A DNA stretch of 64,000 bases from Chitinophagaceae bacterium (lineage in GTDB: Bacteria > Bacteroidota > Bacteroidia > Chitinophagales > Chitinophagaceae), in NCBI GenBank assembly GCA_009693715.1, contig SHWT01000001.1, positions 5,419-69,418 on the forward strand, read 5' to 3'. Position 1 is the first letter of the stretch. Each line of letters starts with the position of its first letter. The notes under the pieces are model-generated. The model did no database searches. It saw nothing but the letters and a program-made list of their open reading frames with translations, and was not told the DNA's origin. Position numbers and translations under genes: made by a program. Positions 47,410-56,812 of the stretch are shown here, one piece after another.

Positions 47410-48876
47410 ATGCCAATAGTTGATTTGGTTTTGCCTAAGCTGGGTGAAAGTATCATGGAAGCGACCATTTTAAAATGGCACAAAAGCGTTGGTGATATTA
47501 TTCAGTTGGACGAAACTTTATTGGATATTGCTACTGATAAAGTAGATAGCGAAATACCTTCGACGGTAGCAGGGAAACTTATAGAAATATTATACGAACC
47601 CAATGCAGTGGTTCCCATTGGAACGGTTATAGCTCGAATTGAATGTGATGAAAAAATTGGAGCAAGCACCAATTTTGATCTTGCTGTTCCGGTAACAATC
47701 CCAATAATTGAAACAGCAACAACGGATAAAGTAACTACAGATGATAAGGCGCCTACCTCAAATGATACCCTACTTGAAGTACCATTTACCCCTACGCCAA
47801 CAACAATAACGAACGATAACCAAAGCATACAAGAGGGTAAGTTTTATTCCCCATTGGTCATGAATATTGCACAAAATGAGGGCATCCCTATGCAAGAATT
47901 GCAGCAAATAAAAGGTACCGGCAATCAAGGCCGTGTTTCAAAAAAGGATATTTTAAATTACATTGCTAATAAAAAAACTTCAAATAACAATATTCAAAAT
48001 GTTGTAAATCAACCATTTACTGATTTTTATAATAAAGCTACTGGAAGCAACAATTACACAGGTGCTAATTTTGAAAACATCATTCAGGATGACCATTTAC
48101 AAACAACAGCGGTAACTGGCAAACTAGCACAACCTGAAGATGTAATCATTACTGGCCATACTGAAATTATTGAAATGGATCGTATGCGCAAGGTAATTGC
48201 AAAGCATATGATTGATAGCGCTCATACGAGCGCCCATGTAACCTCGTTTGTGGAAGCCGATGTCACAAATATGGTGGTTTGGAGGGAAAAAGTAAAACAA
48301 TTATTTGAAAAAAGGGAGGGTGTTAAATTAACTTTTACCCCTATGTTTATAGAATGTATAGCGAGTGTGATGGAAAAATTCCCCATCATTAATAGCAGCT
48401 TAACTGGGGATCAAATTATATTAAAGAAAGACATCAATATTGGTATGGCGACTGCCCTACCTTCAGGCAATTTAATTGTACCTGTAATTAAAGGTGCCAA
48501 TCAATTAAGTATAGTTGGGCTAAGCAAAGCGGTAAACACCTTAGCTAATAATGCAAGGTTGAATCAACTTAAACCCGCTGATACGCAAGATGGCACTTTT
48601 ACGGTGACCAATGTGGGCAGTTTTGGTAGCATTATGGGAACCCCATTAATAAATCAACCACAAGTTGCCATAATCGCATTAGGTGCAATTAAAAAGCGTC
48701 CCGTTGTTATTGAGACGCCTTCTGGTGATGCTATTTTAGTTAGGCACATGATGTATTTATCCATGAGCTATGATCATCGCATTGTGGATGGCGCCATTGG
48801 CTCTCAATTTTTATCCGCTGTTGCAAAAGCATTTGAAGCATGGGATCCAAATCGTCAATGGTTCCAATATTTGTAA
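47410..48876 (+). CDS. 2-oxoacid dehydrogenase E2 (dihydrolipoamide acyltransferase), single lipoyl domain
   Basis: Lipoyl-Lys DKVDSE, E3-binding GTGNQGRVSKKDI and catalytic DHRIVDG. Confidence 0.93.
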   Translation: MPIVDLVLPKLGESIMEATILKWHKSVGDIIQLDETLLDIATDKVDSEIPSTVAGKLIEILYEPNAVVPIGTVIARIECDEKIGASTNFDLAVPVTIPIIETATTDKVTTDDKAPTSNDTLLEVPFTPTPTTITNDNQSIQEGKFYSPLVMNIAQNEGIPMQELQQIKGTGNQGRVSKKDILNYIANKKTSNNNIQNVVNQPFTDFYNKATGSNNYTGANFENIIQDDHLQTTAVTGKLAQPEDVIITGHTEIIEMDRMRKVIAKHMIDSAHTSAHVTSFVEADVTNMVVWREKVKQLFEKREGVKLTFTPMFIECIASVMEKFPIINSSLTGDQIILKKDINIGMATALPSGNLIVPVIKGANQLSIVGLSKAVNTLANNARLNQLKPADTQDGTFTVTNVGSFGSIMGTPLINQPQVAIIALGAIKKRPVVIETPSGDAILVRHMMYLSMSYDHRIVDGAIGSQFLSAVAKAFEAWDPNRQWFQYL

Positions 48877-48884
48877 ATACTGCT

Positions 48885-51614
48885 TTAATTCAGCCCTAGT
48901 GTTCGACCTTTCATCATCGCAGGCACTCCTGAATGCAACCATGTTGGCATTGGCGCACCCTTTAAAAAGGCATCAAAAAATTGCTGTTCTCTAATTTGAA
49001 TGTCCTTCCTATTTTTTCTTTCTACTAAATTATGTGCTTCATTATTATACACCAAAAGCCATACTTTTTTATCTAGTCTTCGCATTGCAGTGAACATTTC
49101 AATACCTTGATACCAAGGCACCGCATCATCAGCATCATTACTCATAATCACCAATGGTGTAGTCACTTTTGGCAAATCAAATAAGGGTGAGTTTTTAATA
49201 TATAAATCTGGGCGCTCCCATAAACTTGCCCCTATTCTACTTTGTGTTTTTTCATATTGGAATTGTCTATTTAAACCAGATCCCCAACGTATACCTCCAT
49301 AAGCACTGGTCATATTAACCACCGGCGCACCTGCCCATGCAGCTGCAAACAATTTGGTTTTAGTAATTAAATAAGCAATTTGATAGCCACCCCAACTCTG
49401 TCCTTGTAAACCAATTTTTGTACTATCCACAAATCCTTTTTGCACCATGGCTCTGGCGCCACTTAAAATATAATCATAGGCGCCTTGTCCTGGATAGCCT
49501 TTGGTATACCAAATGTCTGGTACAAAAACCACATAACCCCTACTCGCAAAAAATGGAATATTTAAACGGGAAGGCGTTGGTGCTGGTGGTAAGTAATTGT
49601 GTAAAGTTTGATTGCTACGTTCGTAAAAATAAACAATCATTGGATACTTCTTTTTTGCATCAAAATTTTCTGGCAAATACAGAACACCTTCCGCTGTTTT
49701 GCCGGTATAGGATTTCCATTTGACCAACTGCGAAGTCATCCAATTGTAATTATTTTGTTGCGGATTTATTTGTGTAAGTGCCATTGGATTTTGCTTCAGT
49801 GTATCAAAACTATAATGGTATAAATTGGGTGATTGTTTTTCATCCTCTTGCATCACCAATAAATCATTCGACTTTTTTGCTGCTACGATAGTAGTCAAAT
49901 GCATTGGCAACTGATTTATTGCAAATAGCTTTCTTGTGCCTAAAGACAAGGAAACCAATCCTTCTGATTTGTCCACCTCATTAAATGTTTTCAATAAAAT
50001 AACCGCATCTGCATTTAAAAATCGGCGATCATTGTCTGTTTCCACAAAACGATAACTTATTTTATTTTGACGACCGTTGGTTAATTTAATGGAAGGCGAT
50101 TTACCCTCCGCATCTGCTAGCCAAATATCATATCTATCATACACTAAAAAATACTTATCGTCCTTCATCCACTTTGCAATACCATAGGCATTAGGATCAT
50201 CAGGCACATCGTTTTCTTCATCATACAATGCCACTGAAATATCTGTTAAAATGTTTTTTGAAACCCCCGATGCAACATCATAAGATTTATATTTTTTTTG
50301 ATCCTCCACATAATAAACCAAACGCTGCCCATCATAGGAAGGCGCCAGCTGACTTATTTTGATATTTTTTTGAACTAGGCTATTTTTCGCAGTGTTATTA
50401 TCTATGACATACAAATCCCTTTGCGAAAATCCTTGCCATTGAGATGCTATAGCATAATTAGAATCAATTAAAGCATAGGTATAGCGTCCATCACCTTCGT
50501 TTGTTTTTAATAAATCACGGTCTTTTATTTTTCCAAGATAAGTGACTGAATTATCAGCTGGACGATACAAAACAGTTTCGGTACTTTTAAGTGTAGCATC
50601 TAAAAATTTTAATTGCACTGTTTGTAAAGTAGGATCTGCATAATGCCATACATCAACACTTACGCGGTCAAATTCAGGTAGTGAAGTGTCTTTGATTGGA
50701 AATATGGGCTGAACACCTAAGGAAAGTACCGAACCAGATTTACTAAATGAAATTTTACGATCGCCTCCAATGGTATATTGTTTTGGAATTTGATCATGAT
50801 TTCGGTTTATAACAAAATGAGCCGAATCCAATCCATGGTTATAATAAGCAAGTGTGTAGTTTTTTTGCAATGCTTTGTCAGCGCTGTCTCGCTCAACTAA
50901 ATAGGCCAACTGCTTCCCTTGTTCATCCCAAGTGAAATTAGTTGCAGTATAAAAATGACTGTTTAAAGTGATGGTATTTGTGTCAGCAATCGAACTCAAA
51001 AATATTTTTGCTTCCTTTTGTTTGGTTCTAACTTGATACATCATAACCCCTTCCCCTTTTGGATGAATTAAATATTGGGAGATATTATTAAATACTCTTT
51101 CTAGTCCTGAACTTAAATCTCTAAAATAAAGCTGCGCTCCTTCCTTGTTAAAATCACCCTTTGAATCCTTCATGTAGGCAATTGACCCATTGCCGAATTC
51201 AGGCACTTGAAAACTTTTTACCGCTGGAATTTTATTTATTTTTCCTGTGGCCAATGTTAAAATAACCAAACTGTCTTTGGGCATTTCATCTGGCTTTTTT
51301 TTATCAATTTTAGCCTTCCTCGTTTCGTTGAAACTGGGTTTTATTTTTGCAATTAAATAATTCCCATCCTCCGTAAAAATAGGTTGTGCTCCTCTCGAAA
51401 TGATTATTTCAGCTTTGGATGCTATATTTTTTACTATTAAAACCGCATCCCCTTCCTGTGGGTTAATGCTATAGCAAATAAACTTTCCTTGCGGTTGCCA
51501 TATTGATTCGCGGATGGATTCCCATTGATCATATACAGAATGATCCAATGCTATTTTTTGGGAAAAAGAAAAAATCGAAATACATATAGATAAAACGGTA
51601 AAAAATTGCTTCAT
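48885..51614 (-). CDS. Secreted S9 family (prolyl oligopeptidase-like) peptidase
   Basis: Signal peptide, beta-propeller and catalytic triad GQSWGG / NDADDAVPW / EAHNL. Confidence 0.92.
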   Translation of the reverse strand: MKQFFTVLSICISIFSFSQKIALDHSVYDQWESIRESIWQPQGKFICYSINPQEGDAVLIVKNIASKAEIIISRGAQPIFTEDGNYLIAKIKPSFNETRKAKIDKKKPDEMPKDSLVILTLATGKINKIPAVKSFQVPEFGNGSIAYMKDSKGDFNKEGAQLYFRDLSSGLERVFNNISQYLIHPKGEGVMMYQVRTKQKEAKIFLSSIADTNTITLNSHFYTATNFTWDEQGKQLAYLVERDSADKALQKNYTLAYYNHGLDSAHFVINRNHDQIPKQYTIGGDRKISFSKSGSVLSLGVQPIFPIKDTSLPEFDRVSVDVWHYADPTLQTVQLKFLDATLKSTETVLYRPADNSVTYLGKIKDRDLLKTNEGDGRYTYALIDSNYAIASQWQGFSQRDLYVIDNNTAKNSLVQKNIKISQLAPSYDGQRLVYYVEDQKKYKSYDVASGVSKNILTDISVALYDEENDVPDDPNAYGIAKWMKDDKYFLVYDRYDIWLADAEGKSPSIKLTNGRQNKISYRFVETDNDRRFLNADAVILLKTFNEVDKSEGLVSLSLGTRKLFAINQLPMHLTTIVAAKKSNDLLVMQEDEKQSPNLYHYSFDTLKQNPMALTQINPQQNNYNWMTSQLVKWKSYTGKTAEGVLYLPENFDAKKKYPMIVYFYERSNQTLHNYLPPAPTPSRLNIPFFASRGYVVFVPDIWYTKGYPGQGAYDYILSGARAMVQKGFVDSTKIGLQGQSWGGYQIAYLITKTKLFAAAWAGAPVVNMTSAYGGIRWGSGLNRQFQYEKTQSRIGASLWERPDLYIKNSPLFDLPKVTTPLVIMSNDADDAVPWYQGIEMFTAMRRLDKKVWLLVYNNEAHNLVERKNRKDIQIREQQFFDAFLKGAPMPTWLHSGVPAMMKGRTLGLN

Positions 51615-51758
51615 ATTATTTAATTGAATTTCTAAGATACGTCAACATTTTGAAAAATTTATTTAATAAATTTAAACCCAGATGAGTCATATTATGAAAT
51701 GTAAGATATTATTCATGATGCCCTTTATATTACTAAAACTGCAGGTGCTATATGAAAT

Positions 51759-52652
51759 TTAAACTTTGGTTGCTAATTTATGCTGTTTTACTATTCGTAA
51801 CATTTGAATAAGCACAGATAAGGCGATTAAGCTAAGGCCGATATAAAAGCTGCCACCTAATTGCTTTTGCTCCTTAAACAAAACAAAAGCAAGAATGATC
51901 CCATAAACAGGCTCTAAATTTAAAGTGACATTTAAAGTAAAGGCAGTAATATGTTTCAAGGAGGATAACATTAAATGATTCGCCCATACTGTACAAGCGA
52001 TTGCTAAAAAAACTAACCAAATCCAATCGTTCCAACGGGGTAAAATAAATTGATTTTGGTTTAATCCAACTGATCCCAATATAATTAAGCTTAAAAAAAA
52101 CACCCCTCCCATCATTTCATAAAATTGTATACTAAACGTATCCACTTTATTGGTGACTCCTTTATTGATGACTGAAAAAATAGACGCTAACAGTGCAGAC
52201 AATAACCCAACAATTATTCCAGTTCTGAATTTGGTGTCAAAGTGAAATATTAAAAGTATACCAACAAAGCTGAGCGCCCCAATGAATAAATCACGCCACT
52301 TCATTTTTAATTTAGTGGCTATTGGTTCAATGAGGGAGGTAAACATACTTGTACTTGAAAAACAAACAAGGGCAATAGATACATTGGCTAATTTAATACT
52401 CCCATAAAAACAAACCCAATGAAGGGCAATGATCGCACCAATACCTATTAATTTAAATTTTGTTGCAAAATTATAATGATGCTTCTGCTGCGTAAAGAAA
52501 TAAATAAAAAGTAAAATAAGAGAAGCAAGCAACATTCTATAAAAAACCAACATCAGGCCATTTAACTGAATTAAGAATCCCAAAGGCCCTGTTAAACCTG
52601 CCAAAAAAACGAAAACATGTAATTGAAGTAAAGCCTTTTTAAAAGTTGACAC
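51759..52652 (-). CDS. DMT/EamA family transporter
   Basis: About 10 TM helices; HWVCFYGSIK and NLEPVYGI. Confidence 0.88.
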   Translation of the reverse strand: MSTFKKALLQLHVFVFLAGLTGPLGFLIQLNGLMLVFYRMLLASLILLFIYFFTQQKHHYNFATKFKLIGIGAIIALHWVCFYGSIKLANVSIALVCFSSTSMFTSLIEPIATKLKMKWRDLFIGALSFVGILLIFHFDTKFRTGIIVGLLSALLASIFSVINKGVTNKVDTFSIQFYEMMGGVFFLSLIILGSVGLNQNQFILPRWNDWIWLVFLAIACTVWANHLMLSSLKHITAFTLNVTLNLEPVYGIILAFVLFKEQKQLGGSFYIGLSLIALSVLIQMLRIVKQHKLATKV

Positions 52653-53391
52653 GAATTCGCTTTATTATTTTAATGAATTTACCTGTGTTAGATTGCCATT
52701 GCATGTTCAATACGCCCAATATTGCTTCTTTAATAATCCCCTTGGTCATTTTACTTGCTCCAATTTTTCGATCTATAAATTTGATGGGCACTTCCTTGAT
52801 GATAAATCCTAATTTCCAAGCTGCAAATTTCATTTCAATTTGAAATGCGTAGCCTATAAAATTGATAGTGCTCAGATTAATTGAATCTAAAACTTTACGC
52901 TTATAGCAAACAAAACCAGCAGTTGGATCCTTCACTGGTATACCAGTAATCAACCTAGTGTAAGCCGATCCTCCAATGGAATAAATTTGACGGTCTAGTG
53001 GCCAGTTTTCGGTACTTCCACCTTTCACATACCTGCTTCCTATAGCAACATCAGCTCCATTCATACAAGCTTCGGCTAATCGATCTAAATCATAAGGACT
53101 ATGCGAAAAGTCGGCATCCATTTCAAAAATCAAATCATAGTTTTTTTTCAAAGCCCATAAAAAACCATGAATATAAGCCGTTCCTAACCCTAATTTATAC
53201 GCTCTTTTTTCAATAAAAATTCGGCCAAAATGTTTTGGTATTAATCCTTCTACTATTTCAGCGGTCCCATCTGGAGAACCATCATCTACCACCAATACAT
53301 CATATTCAGCTGCAAATCCAACAACTATTTCAATGATGGAAGCAATGTTCTCCATTTCATTATAAGTAGGTATGATGACTAATTTTTTCAA
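52639..53391 (-). CDS. Polyprenol monophosphomannose synthase (GT2), TTG start
   Basis: IIPTYNEMENI, VDDGSPDGT, GLGTAY, MDADFSH, GSRYVKGG, DPTAGF and FQIEM. Confidence 0.88.
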   Translation of the reverse strand: MKKLVIIPTYNEMENIASIIEIVVGFAAEYDVLVVDDGSPDGTAEIVEGLIPKHFGRIFIEKRAYKLGLGTAYIHGFLWALKKNYDLIFEMDADFSHSPYDLDRLAEACMNGADVAIGSRYVKGGSTENWPLDRQIYSIGGSAYTRLITGIPVKDPTAGFVCYKRKVLDSINLSTINFIGYAFQIEMKFAAWKLGFIIKEVPIKFIDRKIGASKMTKGIIKEAILGVLNMQWQSNTGKFIKIIKRIRVNF

Positions 53392-53409
53392 ATCGGGGGT
53401 AAGCTCTTT

Positions 53410-54186
53410 TTAAGTAATTATTTTTTTTAAAATACTGCGGTTGAGTATCTCAGTTAATTTTTGTTTGGTATGTAAAGCAAAATCACCCTTCATCATCCAA
53501 TCATAATATTGTGGTTCATCCTTGAGTACCTGAACTACTGATTTACCTTTATGCTTACCGAAATTAAATATTTCTACCCCATTTTCCATAATAAATCGAC
53601 CTGCGAAATCCACAATTTGGTCCTCCCCAGTGAATTTAACAATACTTTCTACGGTATTTCCAATATTAGCATACTTTTCTACCTGTGCTTCAAGCACTTC
53701 CCAGGTTGCCATGGCATCGGCTTCGGCCGAATGCGCATCCTCCAAATTCTTATTACAATAAAACTTATAGGCAGCTGTTAAAGTACGTTGCTCCATTTTA
53801 TGGAAAACCTTTTGGACATCTAATAATTGCCTGCTTTCCATATCGGCAGAAATACCGGATCTTAAAAACTCCTCATTTAACATGGGTATGTCAAAACGAT
53901 TACTATTATAGCCACCCAAATCAGCACCCTCAATGAATTGTTTGATTTCATTCGCAATTTGCTTAAAACTTGGTGCATCCTTTACCATTTCATCTGAAAT
54001 ACCATGAATGGCCGTCACCTGAGCAGGTATGGGCATTTCAGGATTAACCAGTTTTCGTTTTACTTGCTTTGTACCATCAGGCATTATTTTTACCAGGGCT
54101 ATTTCTACTATTCTATCAAGGCTCACATTGATACCGGTGGTTTCAAGATCAATAAAAACAATGGGTTTGGTTAATTGTAAATTCAT
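53410..54186 (-). CDS. DEDDh 3'-5' exonuclease (DnaQ / Pol III epsilon-like)
   Basis: FIDLETTG, GYNSNRFD, HSAEADA and C-terminal FNFGKHKG. Confidence 0.9.
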   Translation of the reverse strand: MNLQLTKPIVFIDLETTGINVSLDRIVEIALVKIMPDGTKQVKRKLVNPEMPIPAQVTAIHGISDEMVKDAPSFKQIANEIKQFIEGADLGGYNSNRFDIPMLNEEFLRSGISADMESRQLLDVQKVFHKMEQRTLTAAYKFYCNKNLEDAHSAEADAMATWEVLEAQVEKYANIGNTVESIVKFTGEDQIVDFAGRFIMENGVEIFNFGKHKGKSVVQVLKDEPQYYDWMMKGDFALHTKQKLTEILNRSILKKIIT

Positions 54187-54202
54187 ATTTTATATTATCC
54201 CT

Positions 54203-54210
54203 CAAAGTTA
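54203..54210 (-). promoter_or_regulatory. -7 promoter box (TAACTTTG) for the exonuclease operon
   Basis: Exact consensus match. Confidence 0.55.
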
Positions 54211-54269
54211 AATAAACTAATGGTGTAATTAGGCGTAAAAATGCACTAATATAACTGAAGGAAATTAAG

Positions 54270-54277
54270 TAAATTTG
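54270..54277 (+). promoter_or_regulatory. -7 promoter box (TAAATTTG) for ytxJ
   Basis: Exact consensus match. Confidence 0.55.
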
Positions 54278-54299
54278 TGCTGCAAAACTCATATTTATC

Positions 54300-54632
54300 A
54301 TGAACTGGATCCCATTAACCGACCAAAATCAGCTTGAAACTATAAAAGACCTATCCTTCACAACACCACAAGTCATACTCAAACATAGCACCACTTGCAG
54401 CATAAGCAAAATGTCCTTGGCAAGATTGGAAAGATCCGAAGCTCCCAACACCATCCAATTTTACTATTTAGATTTACTGAACTACCGTGCAATATCAAAT
54501 GCTATTGCTGAAAAATTTAGTGTTTACCACGAATCGCCACAGATTTTATTAATCAAGAATGGCGAATGTACTTATGATGAAAGCCATGGCGGAATTCAAA
54601 TGGAAGAAATTGTGGAACAAGCGACGCACTAG
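54300..54632 (+). CDS. ytxJ: Bacillithiol system redox-active protein YtxJ (monothiol thioredoxin fold)
   Basis: KHSTTCSIS and HESPQILLIKNG. Confidence 0.85.
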   Translation: MNWIPLTDQNQLETIKDLSFTTPQVILKHSTTCSISKMSLARLERSEAPNTIQFYYLDLLNYRAISNAIAEKFSVYHESPQILLIKNGECTYDESHGGIQMEEIVEQATH

Positions 54633-54694
54633 TACTAAGTATATATCACACTAGCAATCTACTAATATCATACTTACAATTCTTTAGTAAATAG

Positions 54695-55876
54695 CTAGCA
54701 ACTTTCAATGACCATTGCACTAGCACCACCTCCACCGTTACAAATTGCAGCAGCACCATATTGCGCTTTATTATTTTGTAAAATATGAATAAGGGTAACT
54801 AAAATTCGTGCACCACTGCATCCCAAAGGATGACCTAAGGATACTGCACCTCCATTAACATTCACTTTAGTTGGATCTAATTTTAATAAGGAAGTATTTA
54901 CCAACCCCACCACTGAAAAAGCTTCATTAAATTCAAAATAAGAAATAGCCTCTTTTTCAATACCTGCTTTCGCTAATGCTTTTGGTAAAGCCAAGGCAGG
55001 ACTGGTCGTAAACAATCGAGGATCTTGTGCTGCATCCGCAAACCCTTTAATGATTGCGATGGGTTTTAATCCCAATTCATTTGCTTTCTTTTTGCTCATC
55101 AACACCAATGCAGCTGCTCCATCATTCATGGTGGACGCATTCGCAGCGGTCACTGTTCCATCCTTACTAAATGCAGGATTCAAATTCGCAATTTTATCAA
55201 AATTTACTTTATAGGGTTCTTCGTCTTTATCTATAATAACAGGGTCCCCTTTTTTTTGTGGTATGATTACTGGTATAATTTCCTGCCTGAAAAATCCTTG
55301 CTCCGTTGCCGCTTGTGATTTTTTATAACTCTGCATTGCAAAATTATCTTGTTCCTGTCTTGATATATGATTATCCTTCGCGCAACTATCCGCAAAATTA
55401 CCCATGGCTATATTATCATACACATCGGTTAAACCATCTTTTGCTAATCCATCCAACAAACTAACATCTCCATATTTGTTTCCCCATCTTTGATGCATAT
55501 TATAAAATGGCACATTACTCATACTTTCCATACCACCAGCAATAATGATATCCGCATCACCTAATATAATATTTTGAGCAGCAATAGCCAGGGATTTCAT
55601 GCCACTCGCACAAACTTTATTAATGGTAGTACAAATTACTTTATTAGGAAGTCCCGCTTTAATAGCAGCTTGTCGCGCAGGCGCTTGACCTAGCCCAGCT
55701 TGTATCACAGAACCCATGATCACTTCATCAATCATTTCCGGAGGTACCCCTGATTTTTCTAAAGCTCCTTTTATAGCAATAGCGCCTAATTCAGTAGCGC
55801 TTAAACTACTTAGGTTACCACCAAAGGATCCAATGGGTGTTCTCACTGCCGAAATGATATAAACTTCGTTGTGCAT
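54695..55876 (-). CDS. Acetyl-CoA C-acyltransferase (thiolase)
   Basis: RTPIGSF, NKVCASG, NEAF, GHPLGCSG and AICNGGG. Confidence 0.95.
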   Translation of the reverse strand: MHNEVYIISAVRTPIGSFGGNLSSLSATELGAIAIKGALEKSGVPPEMIDEVIMGSVIQAGLGQAPARQAAIKAGLPNKVICTTINKVCASGMKSLAIAAQNIILGDADIIIAGGMESMSNVPFYNMHQRWGNKYGDVSLLDGLAKDGLTDVYDNIAMGNFADSCAKDNHISRQEQDNFAMQSYKKSQAATEQGFFRQEIIPVIIPQKKGDPVIIDKDEEPYKVNFDKIANLNPAFSKDGTVTAANASTMNDGAAALVLMSKKKANELGLKPIAIIKGFADAAQDPRLFTTSPALALPKALAKAGIEKEAISYFEFNEAFSVVGLVNTSLLKLDPTKVNVNGGAVSLGHPLGCSGARILVTLIHILQNNKAQYGAAAICNGGGGASAMVIESC

Positions 55877-55906
55877 GCTTGAAAGAATTTATAAGAAAAT
55901 TAAAAT

Positions 55907-56794
55907 CTATTCTGCGATTTCATCTACCACTGTTGCATCAGGTGCTACTTCCACTTCCGGCAACAATCGGATCCCTTCCGCTTCAATAGTGATTCTTTTG
56001 CTTTTGTACAAAATGCCCACATTCATTTTAAATGCCTTTTTACTCATTCCAAAAAAAGCATAAATTTCATCGGGGTTTGATTTGTCATGATAAGGTAAAA
56101 AATTGCCATGCGATTTTAGCAATCTTACAATTGTTGAATTATCATCATCTAATTTTTCAACACCCTGCTTTCCAATACCGATATCCAACTTATTACCTTC
56201 TCTAATCTTTTTTACAAATGCTTCTTGAATAAATTGTCCAATATGCAGGTGCGTGAAAACTTCATTTTTATATACCAAGCCTTGGTGTACTTGATTCACA
56301 ATCACCACATATCCCAAATCTGATTCGCGGTACACTTGCACACTCACTTTTTCTCCTTCTTTAACAGTTAAGTTATCATTGCTTAATTGGTTGTCAATTT
56401 TTTCAGTAGCAGCAACACGACCTGTTTGTTTGTCAATATATAATTTAACTAAATACTTTCCACCCAAGCGCATGCTAGAAAGTTGTTGGGAAACAGGAAC
56501 AAATAAATCCTTCATCAATCCCCAATCCATAAACACCCCTTGTTTTGTCACATCCACTACTTTTAAAGCAGCAATTTCACCTACTACTGCAAAAGGTTCT
56601 TGGGTTGTGGCCACTAAACGATTATCAGAATCATGGTAAATGAAAACACTAATCGTATCTCCAATTTGCAAACCTGAGGGTACAAATCTTTTGGGAAGTA
56701 AGATACCTTCTTCACCATCATCCATATAAAATCCAAAGTCAACCTTTCGGTCCACGCGTAGGAGATTAAATTGACCTACATTAACAGCTGACAT
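55907..56794 (-). CDS. cvfB: CvfB family S1 RNA-binding protein
   Basis: GILLPKR, FIYHDS, FMDWGLMKDL and terminal MSKKAFK winged helix. Confidence 0.85.
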   Translation of the reverse strand: MSAVNVGQFNLLRVDRKVDFGFYMDDGEEGILLPKRFVPSGLQIGDTISVFIYHDSDNRLVATTQEPFAVVGEIAALKVVDVTKQGVFMDWGLMKDLFVPVSQQLSSMRLGGKYLVKLYIDKQTGRVAATEKIDNQLSNDNLTVKEGEKVSVQVYRESDLGYVVIVNQVHQGLVYKNEVFTHLHIGQFIQEAFVKKIREGNKLDIGIGKQGVEKLDDDNSTIVRLLKSHGNFLPYHDKSNPDEIYAFFGMSKKAFKMNVGILYKSKRITIEAEGIRLLPEVEVAPDATVVDEIAE

Positions 56795-56812
56795 AAGTTT
56801 ATATTTATAATA

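Noticed and set aside
54633-54694. Short imperfect repeats (TACTAA..TATCA, CACTAG) between ytxJ and the thiolase gene
   Set aside because: Only two degenerate copies with no regular spacing; this is not a CRISPR or REP array.
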